Origin: a virus
Taxonomy: Duplodnaviria; Caudoviricetes
Strand: one strand, 5' to 3'
Virus record (IMG/VR): IMGVR_UViG_3300032030_002018
Length of the DNA: 64,000 bases
How positions within the stretch are numbered: the stretch's first letter is position 1; each line of letters opens with the position of its first letter. Shown piece after piece: positions 36,760 through 47,002 of the stretch. A program made the translations under genes and the position numbers. The notes beneath the pieces are model-generated. The model searched no databases, had not been told where the DNA came from, and saw only the letters and a list, made by a program, of their open reading frames with translations.

Positions 36760-36912
36760 AATCTTATTGGTTTATTTTTACACATAACCCATCTTTATCA
36801 AGAAATATCCGTTCTACTGAACAATAATTTTCTTCATTATCGTATATATTTATCAAACCTTCTTCATCTGCTTTTTCAAAAAGCCGTAATAATAACTCTT
36901 TTTCTTCTTGCG

Positions 36913-37794
36913 TCATAGTTTATTATATTCCTCAATTAAATCATTATATTTTTCTGGAACAGAATCAAAATCAATATCGTCCATCTTTTCTTTATAATGC
37001 AGGCAATCGAATAATGTTAGAACAGAATAATAAGTTTTTATTGTGTAATGTGTGTCGTTATTGTATATATATCCAAATCTTAATTCATCTTTTTTCCACA
37101 CTTTTTCTAACAATATATTGAAAACTTCATCCTTACTTTTCCCATATAATTCTGATAAATCAATACAGCCGTCTGTTGAGTTAATATCTGCCCAAATAAT
37201 TGGTTCTCCTGTAATGCAATCTGTTTCTATGATTAATTCATTATTATTAGGGTGTTTAAAATCGATTCTTACATTTGAATTACATTTTTGGTGTGTTGTA
37301 TCAAAAAATGAATCGTAATTTACATAATAATCATATTTTTCCAGTATTGGTATCAAGTTATTTGTTGCCCACTCCAGTTGCTCTTTTCTTCTTGACATTA
37401 TAAATAATTCGTGTTCAAGTAGATTTGTTTTTTGGAATTCAATGCACTTTTCAAATAAATCAAGGGTATGATGATTATATTCATTTGGTTCTGATACCAA
37501 TTGAATTTCTTTTGTTTCTCCTGTAAAAAAATCAGAAACGTTGCATATAGGGGATTCAATTCTTGCGTCTACGACTATATAATTATTATAGTCTACTTGA
37601 TATTCTGTTCCTGGTTCAAGAGTATCAAGATAATCTGATAGTTCCTTAGTTTCGACGACGTATAAGTTTATGTAAAACCCATTTTTAATAAAATCGACGA
37701 CTTCGAGACGTCCGTTCAAATATGTCTGTGATAAAGATGTTTCACAATACCCTTTACTAATCAAGAAATCGCCATATTCTTTTAATGTTCGCAT
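36913..37794 (-). CDS. Hypothetical protein
   Basis: ORF behind promoter at ~37817; start MRTLKEYG. Confidence 0.85.
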   Translation of the reverse strand: MRTLKEYGDFLISKGYCETSLSQTYLNGRLEVVDFIKNGFYINLYVVETKELSDYLDTLEPGTEYQVDYNNYIVVDARIESPICNVSDFFTGETKEIQLVSEPNEYNHHTLDLFEKCIEFQKTNLLEHELFIMSRRKEQLEWATNNLIPILEKYDYYVNYDSFFDTTHQKCNSNVRIDFKHPNNNELIIETDCITGEPIIWADINSTDGCIDLSELYGKSKDEVFNILLEKVWKKDELRFGYIYNNDTHYTIKTYYSVLTLFDCLHYKEKMDDIDFDSVPEKYNDLIEEYNKL

Positions 37795-37939
37795 AGTTAT
37801 TTGTTTTATTATAGTGCAAATGTACACAATTTATTTTGATTATGCTATATGAAATATGTTAAAAAATATTAAAAAACCGTCCATTTGCAATATCCTCTAT
37901 TAATCAAGAAGTCGCTATATTCTTTTAATGTTTTCATAA

Positions 37940-38317
37940 TTATAACAAATTTGTTTCTTTAAGTTTAACAATCATTTCATAACAAGCGTCGATAGGATTT
38001 TCTTTTGTTACATCTGGCAGATACTTATTAACCATACCAAGGTTCATATCATCATACCATATAGAAAAATCCTTTTCTCCCATATCCATTCTAAGTATGG
38101 AATAGTCTTTTATTCTCTTTGGTATAACATCAAGCAATGCGACAAGACTCCAACAAGGAATTTCCTGTGACAATAATGGATTGTTGTTTTTCCATTTAAT
38201 ATGTAAAGGATAATTGTCTGGTATATCAACTCTATTGTGATAATACATATCCGCACTTTCAAGTGGCAGAATCTCTGCTAATTTCTCTGATTGTTCTAAA
38301 TCTGTATATGATTTCAG
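37940..38317 (-). CDS. QSKKL..WSL.ALL family protein, CTG at the expected start
   Basis: Frame open to CTG AAA TCA TAT ACA GAT, aligning with MKNYTD of the paralog. Confidence 0.7.
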   Translation of the reverse strand: MKSYTDLEQSEKLAEILPLESADMYYHNRVDIPDNYPLHIKWKNNNPLLSQEIPCWSLVALLDVIPKRIKDYSILRMDMGEKDFSIWYDDMNLGMVNKYLPDVTKENPIDACYEMIVKLKETNLL

Positions 38318-38320
38318 ACT

Positions 38321-38560
38321 TTATTCTCCTTTCATTTCTTCTTTAAGTTCTTCTAGTTGTTCGTCGTCAATTTGTCTAACTAATGGGCCTCCAGGATACT
38401 CTTGGTAAACTAACTTCTTTAAAAATTTACAAACCTTATCAATCATAGTTGTATCAGCCCATTCAGCACCATCAATATAAACATACTCTTTTATAAAACC
38501 ATCAGGAAACTGATTCTTATAATTATTAGCTGCTTGTTCTATTTCTTCTTTCCGTGTCAT
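38321..38560 (-). CDS. Small hypothetical protein (DGAEWAD)
   Basis: C-terminus nearly identical to 41017-41304. Confidence 0.8.
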   Translation of the reverse strand: MTRKEEIEQAANNYKNQFPDGFIKEYVYIDGAEWADTTMIDKVCKFLKKLVYQEYPGGPLVRQIDDEQLEELKEEMKGE

Positions 38561-38587
38561 AATACTCTATTTTGAGAATCATTTAAA

Positions 38588-39133
38588 TCAATTTAACTTT
38601 TCCATCGTAAAAGTATATGGAGCAACCGCGACACTATGCCACTTCGGATTGTCAATCTCCCACTTCTTGTCAGACTTGATAACATTCACGACCAATTTAG
38701 TTTCGTTTTCCTCATTCATCTTCTCAACCTCACTCTTGGCAAAATTATCAGTCAGTTCATTGCCAAGAAGAATCTGCTCCGCAAAATGACGGAAACCCAA
38801 ATACCAATTCATTGACAAGTTACAATCAGGAGATACGCCACCATTCATAACGGAAGATTCGTGTTTTCTATGCAAGTCAATAAACTTATATTTCCCACCG
38901 ACAATGAAATACTTCTCAACCTTTTTGGCAGAAGGCTTTTCCCACCTCTCAATCGTATGACGGACAATATCAATGTCCTTGTATTTGCCGCCAATTAGAT
39001 AGGAAGGCGCGGCAACATCAATATTCTCTTTCACTTTCGGATATTGGGATAACTTCTCCTCATATGCAAGACACTTCTCTTCCGACTCAAATAAACGACC
39101 ATTTGAAGCCTTATACGCTATAACCTTTTCCAT
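38588..39133 (-). CDS. Hypothetical protein
   Basis: 181-aa ORF. Confidence 0.85.
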   Translation of the reverse strand: MEKVIAYKASNGRLFESEEKCLAYEEKLSQYPKVKENIDVAAPSYLIGGKYKDIDIVRHTIERWEKPSAKKVEKYFIVGGKYKFIDLHRKHESSVMNGGVSPDCNLSMNWYLGFRHFAEQILLGNELTDNFAKSEVEKMNEENETKLVVNVIKSDKKWEIDNPKWHSVAVAPYTFTMEKLN

Positions 39134-39399
39134 ATTATAATTCTTCTAATTGTTAATAAACTCTGTTCAGCAGTATTAACATCAATCCCAAGTTCAATTA
39201 ATTTATTGGATTGCTATATTGATATGCAAATCTTACTCATAATATTACGTTTATTTTTGTTTTTATTTCACAAATTGGGCGCAAACTTCTCTTTCTATCT
39301 AATTCATATTGAATGTACTGTCTGAACCAACAGTTGTTGCAGTCATTGTTATTATAACAACTCATCCAGCACCCATAGTTTGCTAATAGGCGTTCAACT

Positions 39400-39915
39400 T
39401 CAGTCATATGGATTATTTTCTTCTGTTACTTCAATTGCAAGTCCTTTTTCAATTAATCCACGATAATCGAAATGATTAGCGTTGAGCCAATCTATATAGG
39501 AAGATGTGTTTTTTCCATCAAAATTTATCCAATGAAAAGTAAAATTACTTAATTCTTGAACTGCGTTATCTTTCTGGTCAATACTTCCATCAGACATAAC
39601 TTGAAAATACTTAGTATCTTCTTTATTACTCAGAATTGATATAAGTAATTCTTTCTTTTCTTCCTCGGTCATTGAACTTATTGGACGGAGATAAGGTCTA
39701 CAGTCAATAAGAGGATATGAAATTACGCTACTATAAAAACCATAATCCCAAACAGTAACTTGTTGCCTTAATTCAGAAGTGGCATCATTATCAATTTCTC
39801 TTAAATCATAAACCTTTGTATATTTATCTTTAGAATATTCTATTGCTACTTTTACTCCATAAGGTAACCTCGTACAGAGGTCTTGGAGTAACAATTGTTT
39901 ATCTTGTTCTGTCAT
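39400..39915 (-). CDS. LLxDLCxRLPYG family paralog
   Basis: Conserved end motifs. Confidence 0.85.
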   Translation of the reverse strand: MTEQDKQLLLQDLCTRLPYGVKVAIEYSKDKYTKVYDLREIDNDATSELRQQVTVWDYGFYSSVISYPLIDCRPYLRPISSMTEEEKKELLISILSNKEDTKYFQVMSDGSIDQKDNAVQELSNFTFHWINFDGKNTSSYIDWLNANHFDYRGLIEKGLAIEVTEENNPYD

Positions 39916-40235
39916 AGTTCATCTAATGCTTTGAAAATAAAAGTTAATATATTTTTTGTTGTTACATCTGCAACTGATGGGTAACTGCAATCGCACTCTA
40001 ACTCAGATTTAAATTTTGCAAGTTTAATAGTTTTTTTATCACATTTAGTTGTAATTTCATACAAATTTTAAGCAGTTCTTTATCTTATTTCTTCATATTT
40101 TATTTTAAAGTTATTCCTTTTATATAAAAGTATTTATATGCCATTTTGTCAGGTAAATACATAGCGTCACTTGATATAAAATTGTTGAATAGTTTTTCAA
40201 ACTCAATTTCTTGTTTTTCTGTTAGTTTTATGGTT

Positions 40236-40514
40236 TCAGTTTTTTCCATTTGTTTTTTCTTTAATAAGGTTATTGACGTATAATTCCAATTCTTGGTCGG
40301 AGAAAGTAAGTAATTCTTTTGGGAAGCAATTTTCTTCTTTTTCGAAGGAGTAATAATCGTAAAATGTTCCGTACACGTAATCGCCTTCCAGGTAAAAATA
40401 GTTAAGTTGGTTATATTCGTCGTTATATTTTCCAAGTTCCTTGCAGACTCTTGAACAATCTTTTTTAAATTGATTGTTGATATTACAATAATGAAATAAT
40501 TCTTCTTTTGTCAT
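40236..40514 (-). CDS. Hypothetical protein
   Basis: Operonic ORF. Confidence 0.7.
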   Translation of the reverse strand: MTKEELFHYCNINNQFKKDCSRVCKELGKYNDEYNQLNYFYLEGDYVYGTFYDYYSFEKEENCFPKELLTFSDQELELYVNNLIKEKTNGKN

Positions 40515-40591
40515 AACTTATTATTTATTACTCCATAAGGCAATCTTGCACTTAAATCCTTTAATAGGATTGTTTTATCTTCTTGTGTCAT
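40511..40591 (-). pseudogene. Truncated LLKDL.ARLPYG family fragment
   Basis: MTQEDKTILLKDLSARLPYGVINNKL-stop. Confidence 0.6.
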
Positions 40592-40593
40592 AG

Positions 40594-41013
40594 CTATTCT
40601 GTTTTGTACATTCCTTCAGGTGCTTCTATTGCAAGACCTTTTTTGATTAAACCACGATGGTCAAAATGATTAGCATTAAGCCAATCAAATACTGCTTGTA
40701 ATTCAAGAAATGAAAATCTTTTTCTTGAAGAGTCAACAATGTGTATAAAATCATCGGGAATTTCAGCATCTTTGCCTATTATCTCTTGAAGTTCATACCT
40801 TTCTTCCTCAGTCATACTTAACATTGGACGGAGATATGGTTTTACAACAGCTTTGTTTGCTTTAAATTCATCTATACACCAGGTGTTTAGTGTTATACTA
40901 TATCCATAAGTTTTTCCGTCTAAATCGTCTATGTATTCATAAAATACTTTTACCTTATATGGTAACCTTGCACAAAGGTCTTTTAACAATAGTTCTTTAT
41001 CCTCTGGAATCAT
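40594..41013 (-). CDS. LLKDLCARLPY family paralog
   Basis: Conserved end motifs. Confidence 0.85.
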   Translation of the reverse strand: MIPEDKELLLKDLCARLPYKVKVFYEYIDDLDGKTYGYSITLNTWCIDEFKANKAVVKPYLRPMLSMTEEERYELQEIIGKDAEIPDDFIHIVDSSRKRFSFLELQAVFDWLNANHFDHRGLIKKGLAIEAPEGMYKTE

Positions 41014-41016
41014 AGT

Positions 41017-41304
41017 TTATTCTCCTTTCATTGCTTCTTTAAATTCTTCTAGTTGTTCGTCGTCAATTTGTCTAACTAATGGTCCTCCAGGATATTCTTG
41101 GTAAACTAACTTCTTTAACCATTCGCAAGCCTTTTCAATAAAGGCATCGGTAGAATTCATTTCTTTCACTTCAAGGGTGTCAATGAATGAAAGAATCTCA
41201 CTCGCACAATCTCGATACCCCCATTCTGCGTCTTCATTTCTATAACCTTCTTCTCTGTGGGTTTTCTTTTCTACTTCTGCTCTAATTTTGTCTATCAGTT
41301 TCAT
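41017..41304 (-). CDS. MKLIDK family protein
   Basis: Paralog motifs; mosaic C-terminus. Confidence 0.8.
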   Translation of the reverse strand: MKLIDKIRAEVEKKTHREEGYRNEDAEWGYRDCASEILSFIDTLEVKEMNSTDAFIEKACEWLKKLVYQEYPGGPLVRQIDDEQLEEFKEAMKGE

Positions 41305-41307
41305 AAT

Positions 41308-41496
41308 TTATTCTCCATTTAATTTCTCATACAACATACCCCCAATCATAATTGGGGCGTAAATAGCAAGTACTAAAGATACAATGGCTAAGAATATTCT
41401 AAACCATACATTTTCTTCTTTAATCCATATTGCTAATACAAAGCCATAACAAAACATATAAATTACGGCAAGAACAATAATTTCAAATGGTGTCAT
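41308..41496 (-). CDS. Small membrane protein (2 TM)
   Basis: Hydrophobic helices. Confidence 0.7.
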   Translation of the reverse strand: MTPFEIIVLAVIYMFCYGFVLAIWIKEENVWFRIFLAIVSLVLAIYAPIMIGGMLYEKLNGE

Positions 41497-41499
41497 AAT

Positions 41500-41940
41500 T
41501 TATTCAGTTTTATATATTCCTTCAGGTGCTTCTAATGCCAATCCACGTCCTATAAGGTTGCGATAATCAAAATAATGGAAGTTGAGCCAATCAAAAATTT
41601 CAATTGATGAAATCATCTCATCATACCAAATCGTCCTTGTCTCAGTACTACAAAAACCATCGTCAACTATAACTTCTATATATTTGTCTGTTATTTTTAT
41701 TGATAGAATATCTTTAAGACCATACAAAATAGAAAACTCTTTTTCTTCTTCCTCCGTCATACTTGACATTGGACGGAGATATGGTACATCATCCCAATTG
41801 TCGTCATAATATGCTTGCTGATATTCATTTCCATCTAATGGATAATAGGTTTCTGTAAGCACCTTATTTGTCATTATTACTCCATACGGCAACCTTGCGC
41901 AAAGGTCTTGGAGTAACAATTGTTTTTCTTCTTGTGTCAT
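41500..41940 (-). CDS. LLxDLCARLPYG family paralog
   Basis: Conserved end motifs. Confidence 0.85.
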   Translation of the reverse strand: MTQEEKQLLLQDLCARLPYGVIMTNKVLTETYYPLDGNEYQQAYYDDNWDDVPYLRPMSSMTEEEEKEFSILYGLKDILSIKITDKYIEVIVDDGFCSTETRTIWYDEMISSIEIFDWLNFHYFDYRNLIGRGLALEAPEGIYKTE

Positions 41941-42311
41941 ATCTTATTCTCCTCAATCTTTTTTGATAATTCTTGAAACAGACTATCGTTTTCCATCTCC
42001 ATTGTCAGGATATTGCACAAACAACGTCTAATATGACTCATTTCCCAAGGAATCCACTCAATTATGTTTCCACGCACATCCAGAGTCATCTTCTGTTCTG
42101 GACCGGGTTTATCATTTGAATCTTGATGTCCGATAATATAGAATCTATCAAGTATAGAAATATCTTTTGTTTCAATTATATATTCAATTACCTTTTCTCT
42201 TATAACGTTAAATTGTTCAGGATTTAAGTCCCCAATATATTCCCCATCTACATAATACTTTACTGTATTATCATTTATAAGCGGAATTTTAAGTGCTTCT
42301 TCTTGTGTCAT
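41937..42311 (-). CDS. Hypothetical protein
   Basis: ORF behind promoter at ~42339. Confidence 0.8.
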   Translation of the reverse strand: MTQEEALKIPLINDNTVKYYVDGEYIGDLNPEQFNVIREKVIEYIIETKDISILDRFYIIGHQDSNDKPGPEQKMTLDVRGNIIEWIPWEMSHIRRCLCNILTMEMENDSLFQELSKKIEENKI

Positions 42312-42390
42312 AGTTATTTGTCTTGTTTTATTACAGTGTAAATGTACACAATTTATTTGATATATATGATATGAAATATGTTAAAAAATA

Positions 42391-42456
42391 TTAAAAAACC
42401 GTCCAAGAACCAATTATCACTGAACATATAGTTATTGCAACACAAATTGCTGCCAT
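42391..42456 (-). CDS. 21-aa hydrophobic peptide MAAICVAITICSVIIGSWTVF
   Basis: Paralog of 36252-36317, same context. Confidence 0.5.
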   Translation of the reverse strand: MAAICVAITICSVIIGSWTVF

Positions 42457-42463
42457 AATATTG

Positions 42464-42844
42464 TTATTTATACATTCCATCTGGTGCTTCAATTGCAAGA
42501 CCTTTTTCAATAAGGTAGTGATAATCAAAATGATGTGCATTAAGCCAATTTATAAAATTTGCTGCTCCATCAGGACTACCACTAAATGCTACCAGATGCT
42601 TATACTCTTTTACTTCTTCCTCTGTCAATGAACTCATTGGTCGAAGATATGGTTTAATTTCATCAAACTTAAATGGTGTCAAAACACTTTGAAGTTCAAC
42701 CCAATCTTTTTTCAAATTAATTACTTTAAGTGTACCAATAACGCCTCCTTCAAATGTTTTATCTATATCTGCAAGAATCTGTACATTATATTTTAGTCTT
42801 GCACAGAGGTCTTTAAGTAATAGTTCTTTTTCTTCCTGTGTCAT
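42464..42844 (-). CDS. LLKDLCARL family paralog
   Basis: Conserved end motifs. Confidence 0.85.
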   Translation of the reverse strand: MTQEEKELLLKDLCARLKYNVQILADIDKTFEGGVIGTLKVINLKKDWVELQSVLTPFKFDEIKPYLRPMSSLTEEEVKEYKHLVAFSGSPDGAANFINWLNAHHFDYHYLIEKGLAIEAPDGMYK

Positions 42845-43056
42845 AGTTCTTTTATATTATAAGATATTACAGAATAGTTTTGTAACGCTCTATCATACTT
42901 ATATTTTCTAACTTGATAATTTTTAGACTTATCAATTGTATTCCACCAATATCGTTTACCATTTTCGTCTATAATAGAACTTACGCCATCGGTATTTAGT
43001 ATGTCTTTAACCAATGACTCACCACTTAATGTTTTAGTAAATAACAATTCTATCAT
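42841..43056 (-). CDS. Small hypothetical protein
   Basis: Operonic ORF. Confidence 0.65.
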   Translation of the reverse strand: MIELLFTKTLSGESLVKDILNTDGVSSIIDENGKRYWWNTIDKSKNYQVRKYKYDRALQNYSVISYNIKEL

Positions 43057-43071
43057 AATTTTTTTACGTTT

Positions 43072-43284
43072 TTATTTCCAGGAATTTTTACACATCAGAT
43101 ATAATTCATATAGATATTCATCTGTATATGTAACATCTTTACTTATGTTATTCCATTTCCAATCGTCAACAAAACCACCGATGTAAGAACCAAGTTCTTT
43201 TGGTATATTATTCATAACAGTATAATTCGGTTTGATTCCGGTTAATAATGAAATTATATCTTCTCTGTCTAAATACGCCTTCAT
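43072..43284 (-). CDS. Small hypothetical protein
   Basis: Operonic ORF. Confidence 0.7.
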   Translation of the reverse strand: MKAYLDREDIISLLTGIKPNYTVMNNIPKELGSYIGGFVDDWKWNNISKDVTYTDEYLYELYLMCKNSWK

Positions 43285-43287
43285 AGT

Positions 43288-43677
43288 TTATTTCTCCATT
43301 TTATCTCTTAAGTCTATTAGCCATTTTTCGCAAGTTACAGAATTTTGCATATCGTTTTCATTTTTGCACCTATTAGACATTTGAAATTCTTTGATAAAGA
43401 AAAGCGTTTCATCAATCATAAGACTATCCACTTCACTCCACGTTGGTTTACGTTGCTTTTCAAGCCAATCAACCCAGGATTTACGATATACCCCAGTCTT
43501 AATATAGTTAAGAATTTCTTGTCTTGTTTTTTCATCAACACTCTCTTTGAGCGATGGAAACATTGATATCAACTCTTCCTTTATGAGTATATTTTCTCCT
43601 TTTGAAACTCTATCAAGCATATCTTTTGCTTTTTCAATGGCATTATCAAATGCTTTTGATTTTTCTTCTTGTGTCAT
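43288..43677 (-). CDS. Minimal member of the modular KAYDEA/WLEKQ/WSE family
   Basis: N- and C-terminal modules only. Confidence 0.8.
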   Translation of the reverse strand: MTQEEKSKAFDNAIEKAKDMLDRVSKGENILIKEELISMFPSLKESVDEKTRQEILNYIKTGVYRKSWVDWLEKQRKPTWSEVDSLMIDETLFFIKEFQMSNRCKNENDMQNSVTCEKWLIDLRDKMEK

Positions 43678-43688
43678 AGTTTATTTTT

Positions 43689-43961
43689 TTATTGAATACA
43701 ATAATAGTCATTTCCTCCAAGTTTCTCATATAAAGATTCCCAAAACTTTCTTCCTTGTGGTGCGTACGACCACTTGAATAAGTAAATAACATCGTATGAA
43801 AAATCCACTGAATTATAAACATAATCGCAATATTTTCTATAAGAATCCCGTGTTAAAGAATTCATATAAGCCCTAATCGCCAGAATAACATCACCATAAA
43901 TGTTATGTTGCTTTAATTCACGAAGAGACTCACAAATACATTTATTAAACAGTTGTTTCAT
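43689..43961 (-). CDS. GDVIL/PQG family paralog (dispersed)
   Basis: IYGDVILAIR...WSYAPQGRKFW. Confidence 0.8.
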   Translation of the reverse strand: MKQLFNKCICESLRELKQHNIYGDVILAIRAYMNSLTRDSYRKYCDYVYNSVDFSYDVIYLFKWSYAPQGRKFWESLYEKLGGNDYYCIQ

Positions 43962-43995
43962 TTTCTTTATGTTCTTTTTCTTCCTGTGTCATAAA

Positions 43996-44208
43996 TCAAT
44001 TCTTTTTTCTAATATTTCTACAATGCGATATGATAGCATCTTGAATAAAAGTACCGGTATCATTAATGACGTACTTAAAACCACTCACTACATCACTTCT
44101 ATATGGTGTACCGTCAATGACAGTGAACCAATAGCCACTCCATCCGCAGATAAATTCCAAATTGATGTTGGCTTGTTTTCTAATCCTGCGTAGTAATTTT
44201 GTTTTCAT
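43996..44208 (-). CDS. MKTKLLRRIRKQAN family protein
   Basis: Near-duplicate of 51219-51431. Confidence 0.8.
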   Translation of the reverse strand: MKTKLLRRIRKQANINLEFICGWSGYWFTVIDGTPYRSDVVSGFKYVINDTGTFIQDAIISHCRNIRKKN

Positions 44209-44210
44209 AA

Positions 44211-44432
44211 TTATTCTACTGTTACATAAATCTTATTATTAGCGGTATCTAGCACCCAAGGGCTAATATACTTAATAGTCTCTTCTCTTGTTAATGCAGA
44301 TTTATCAATTTTCCACTTCTTTATCAGTGGACTGAACATACCAACATCAAAGTATATATCATACACTTCTGGGTCCGTACCTTCTTCATATGACCCTCTT
44401 GCAAATCTTCTTACAATTTTAATATTAGTCAC
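44211..44432 (-). CDS. NIKIVRRFA family protein (GTG start)
   Basis: Near-duplicate of 35101-35328. Confidence 0.8.
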   Translation of the reverse strand: MTNIKIVRRFARGSYEEGTDPEVYDIYFDVGMFSPLIKKWKIDKSALTREETIKYISPWVLDTANNKIYVTVE

Positions 44433-44476
44433 AATTACAATAAATTTAATTCGTGTAGTTTAATAATCATTTCGCT

Positions 44477-44677
44477 TCAATAAAGTTTGCTAATATTTTC
44501 CCAACCTTCAACATCGAAGCCTTTACCACAAGCAGCACACGTAACACAGGGAGAATTACCGCCATCTATATCTTTATGCCACCATATATCGCCTTTTTCA
44601 AGTTCCAACTTACTTCCGCAGTGAGGACAAATGCCAACAACTGATAATTCTTTTCTTTCTAATATTTTCATAATCAA
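44477..44677 (-). CDS. Zinc-ribbon protein
   Basis: CPHC...CAAC. Confidence 0.75.
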   Translation of the reverse strand: MIMKILERKELSVVGICPHCGSKLELEKGDIWWHKDIDGGNSPCVTCAACGKGFDVEGWENISKLY

Positions 44678-44700
44678 ATCAAGTTTGGTATTGGAACACT

Positions 44701-44943
44701 TTAAAGAATCATTAATGGTCTTATATCTTCTTTTTTTGAATTAATTTGTTCATATATAGCTTTTGCAACATCATAATCAATAGCCTGTTCATATTTAGCT
44801 TTTGCAACATCATAATCAATTTTTGAACAATATCCGCATAAATAACATATACCGGCTGCATCTTTACTATATGTAAATGGTGGTAAATTATCATAATACC
44901 CACTCATAAGACGCTCATTAATTATATCTAAAGGATGTTTCAT
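44701..44943 (-). CDS. Small protein with a 13-aa internal duplication
   Basis: IDYDVAKA.YEQ twice. Confidence 0.65.
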   Translation of the reverse strand: MKHPLDIINERLMSGYYDNLPPFTYSKDAAGICYLCGYCSKIDYDVAKAKYEQAIDYDVAKAIYEQINSKKEDIRPLMIL

Positions 44944-44944
44944 A

Positions 44945-45376
44945 TTAAATAAGATTTTCCAATACATATTTCAATGCTACTTCAACAGCTTCTGAATAAG
45001 AATCAAAGTGTTGTAATGCTGGGATAACGCCCTTGTCGTCCTTATAATATATTCCTCTTTTAATTTGGCGTACTTTTGATGAACCATCTTCAAGTGGTTT
45101 ATATCTACTAATATAAGGGATATAGACTTTGACTCCTAACATACCAACCGCAGCATCAATATCAATATCAATATTATGCATTTCTCTGAACCACTTCCTT
45201 GCCATTTGATGAGTTGGAGCAGCGTATTCAAATAATCCACTATTGCTACATCTCCTTGTGCAATCCAAATGAAATTCCTTAGAACGAACTGAATATCTCC
45301 CACAACATTCCCAATCAAATCCTTTTTCTTTGAGTAACTTGGCTACTTCAAATGAGCAATAATCTTCTGTAATCAT
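44945..45376 (-). CDS. TEDY..KLLKEKGF..THQMA..ALKY.LENLI family
   Basis: Paralogs at 45397 and 48107. Confidence 0.85.
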   Translation of the reverse strand: MITEDYCSFEVAKLLKEKGFDWECCGRYSVRSKEFHLDCTRRCSNSGLFEYAAPTHQMARKWFREMHNIDIDIDAAVGMLGVKVYIPYISRYKPLEDGSSKVRQIKRGIYYKDDKGVIPALQHFDSYSEAVEVALKYVLENLI

Positions 45377-45396
45377 AATTCACTCTCCTTTCATAG

Positions 45397-45762
45397 CTAA
45401 ATCAAGTTTTCTAAACAATACTTTAATGCGACTTCAACTGCTTCTTCATAGGAGTCATAAAAATCCACTGGATAATTCCATCCTGAATTTTCAGAGTAGG
45501 TATTAATATTAAAATAGATGTTTCCACTTAAAGAAATAACAGTATCAATACTCATATAAACACCTTTCTCTTCTCTCAACCACTTCATTGCCATTTGGTG
45601 AGTTATTCTAAAATACCCGTTTTTATCATAAACACCCCAATGAATATTTCCAATTTCATCATACATACAAAATAGCCAATTCTTGCTATCAAGTGATATG
45701 TTAAATCCTTTCTCTTTGAGTAACTTGGATATCTCAAGGGATACATAATCTTCTGTCATCAT
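45397..45762 (-). CDS. TEDY..LENLI family paralog
   Basis: Conserved motifs. Confidence 0.85.
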   Translation of the reverse strand: MMTEDYVSLEISKLLKEKGFNISLDSKNWLFCMYDEIGNIHWGVYDKNGYFRITHQMAMKWLREEKGVYMSIDTVISLSGNIYFNINTYSENSGWNYPVDFYDSYEEAVEVALKYCLENLI

Positions 45763-45765
45763 ATT

Positions 45766-45948
45766 CTAATCTATTTCTATTTTATTACCACATTTAGGAC
45801 AAGTAATAGTCTTTGCAAGATATGTTTCACCTGCATACGTTCCTACCCCATACCCTCTTTCTTCTGTGGAAATATCGGAATCTGAATATTCTATATAAGA
45901 ATTACATCTATCGCATTTTGTAATATTACCTTCATATATCTTTGCCAT
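45766..45948 (-). CDS. Zinc-ribbon protein
   Basis: CDRC...CPKC. Confidence 0.75.
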   Translation of the reverse strand: MAKIYEGNITKCDRCNSYIEYSDSDISTEERGYGVGTYAGETYLAKTITCPKCGNKIEID

Positions 45949-45951
45949 AAT

Positions 45952-46404
45952 TCATTCAATTTTACTGTTATACATTTCTTCAGGTGCTTCAATTGCAATA
46001 CCTCTTTCAATCAGACCACGGTAGTCAAAATGATGAGCGTTAAGCCAATTTACAAGTAACCAAGAACTATCAAATGATATTAGTATTTCATCAAGTCTGA
46101 GTTTGATAAAATCAAACCAATCAACATCATTTTCAACGAGCCAATCGTAAATTTCTCTTTTTTCATCTTCTGTCATTGAAGAAATTGGTCGGAGATATGG
46201 TCTGACGGAATCAATGTCACAAGAATATGCTTGATAATAATATGAATCAGATATTGGAATAAGAGTTAGGCAGTAAATATGGCTTGGTTTTAGTTCATAA
46301 ATTTTACATACTTTAGTGCGTTGCCTTATATCTTTTACATAAATTCCAAATGGCAACCTTGCACATAGGTCTTTCAATAATAAACCTTTATCTTCTTGTG
46401 TCAT
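45952..46404 (-). CDS. LLKDLCARLP family paralog
   Basis: Conserved end motifs. Confidence 0.85.
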   Translation of the reverse strand: MTQEDKGLLLKDLCARLPFGIYVKDIRQRTKVCKIYELKPSHIYCLTLIPISDSYYYQAYSCDIDSVRPYLRPISSMTEDEKREIYDWLVENDVDWFDFIKLRLDEILISFDSSWLLVNWLNAHHFDYRGLIERGIAIEAPEEMYNSKIE

Positions 46405-46569
46405 ATCCAAAATATTTTTCCTGTTGGTTTGGGGAGTTTAATCTCTTTAACTTTATTACTTGGTATCGTAAGGTTATAATGAGGGATATCATATGTTTTC
46501 GGCCATTCAATACCGTATAAATGCTCTAATATATGTCCATCCTTAATCATATAAAGGTCCCCTAAAAAC

Positions 46570-47001
46570 TCAACCATTTTCTAATTTTTTTAATTCTTCT
46601 TCTTTCTTTGATAACGCGTCTTTAAGATTTATAATATCTGCTTCAATATTCTTCCTTCTAATTTCATCTAATTTACCATCATAAAGCATCTTATTCCTTT
46701 CAACGGTTTCTTTAAAGTTAAGAAGATTAATGTATCTACCAAATGTTATTCCGCAGTCTGTATAATCATCTATATGTATTTTGATAGATGTATAAGAACC
46801 ATTTATATTGGGGACCTCAAAGTCAATATAATCTTTCCAATCATCAGGATGTTCTTTAATACAGTCAAAAATTTCCTCATTACCTCCTGCTAACGGATTA
46901 AGGAAGTAATATATCCAATCTGGATTTGAATTAATATAAATTTCAATATCTCTTTTTAATTCATTAATTCTTAATACTAAATCTTTTTCTTCCTGTATCA
47001 T
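46570..47001 (-). CDS. Hypothetical protein
   Basis: 143-aa ORF with coiled-coil tail. Confidence 0.8.
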   Translation of the reverse strand: MIQEEKDLVLRINELKRDIEIYINSNPDWIYYFLNPLAGGNEEIFDCIKEHPDDWKDYIDFEVPNINGSYTSIKIHIDDYTDCGITFGRYINLLNFKETVERNKMLYDGKLDEIRRKNIEADIINLKDALSKKEEELKKLENG

Positions 47002-47002
47002 A

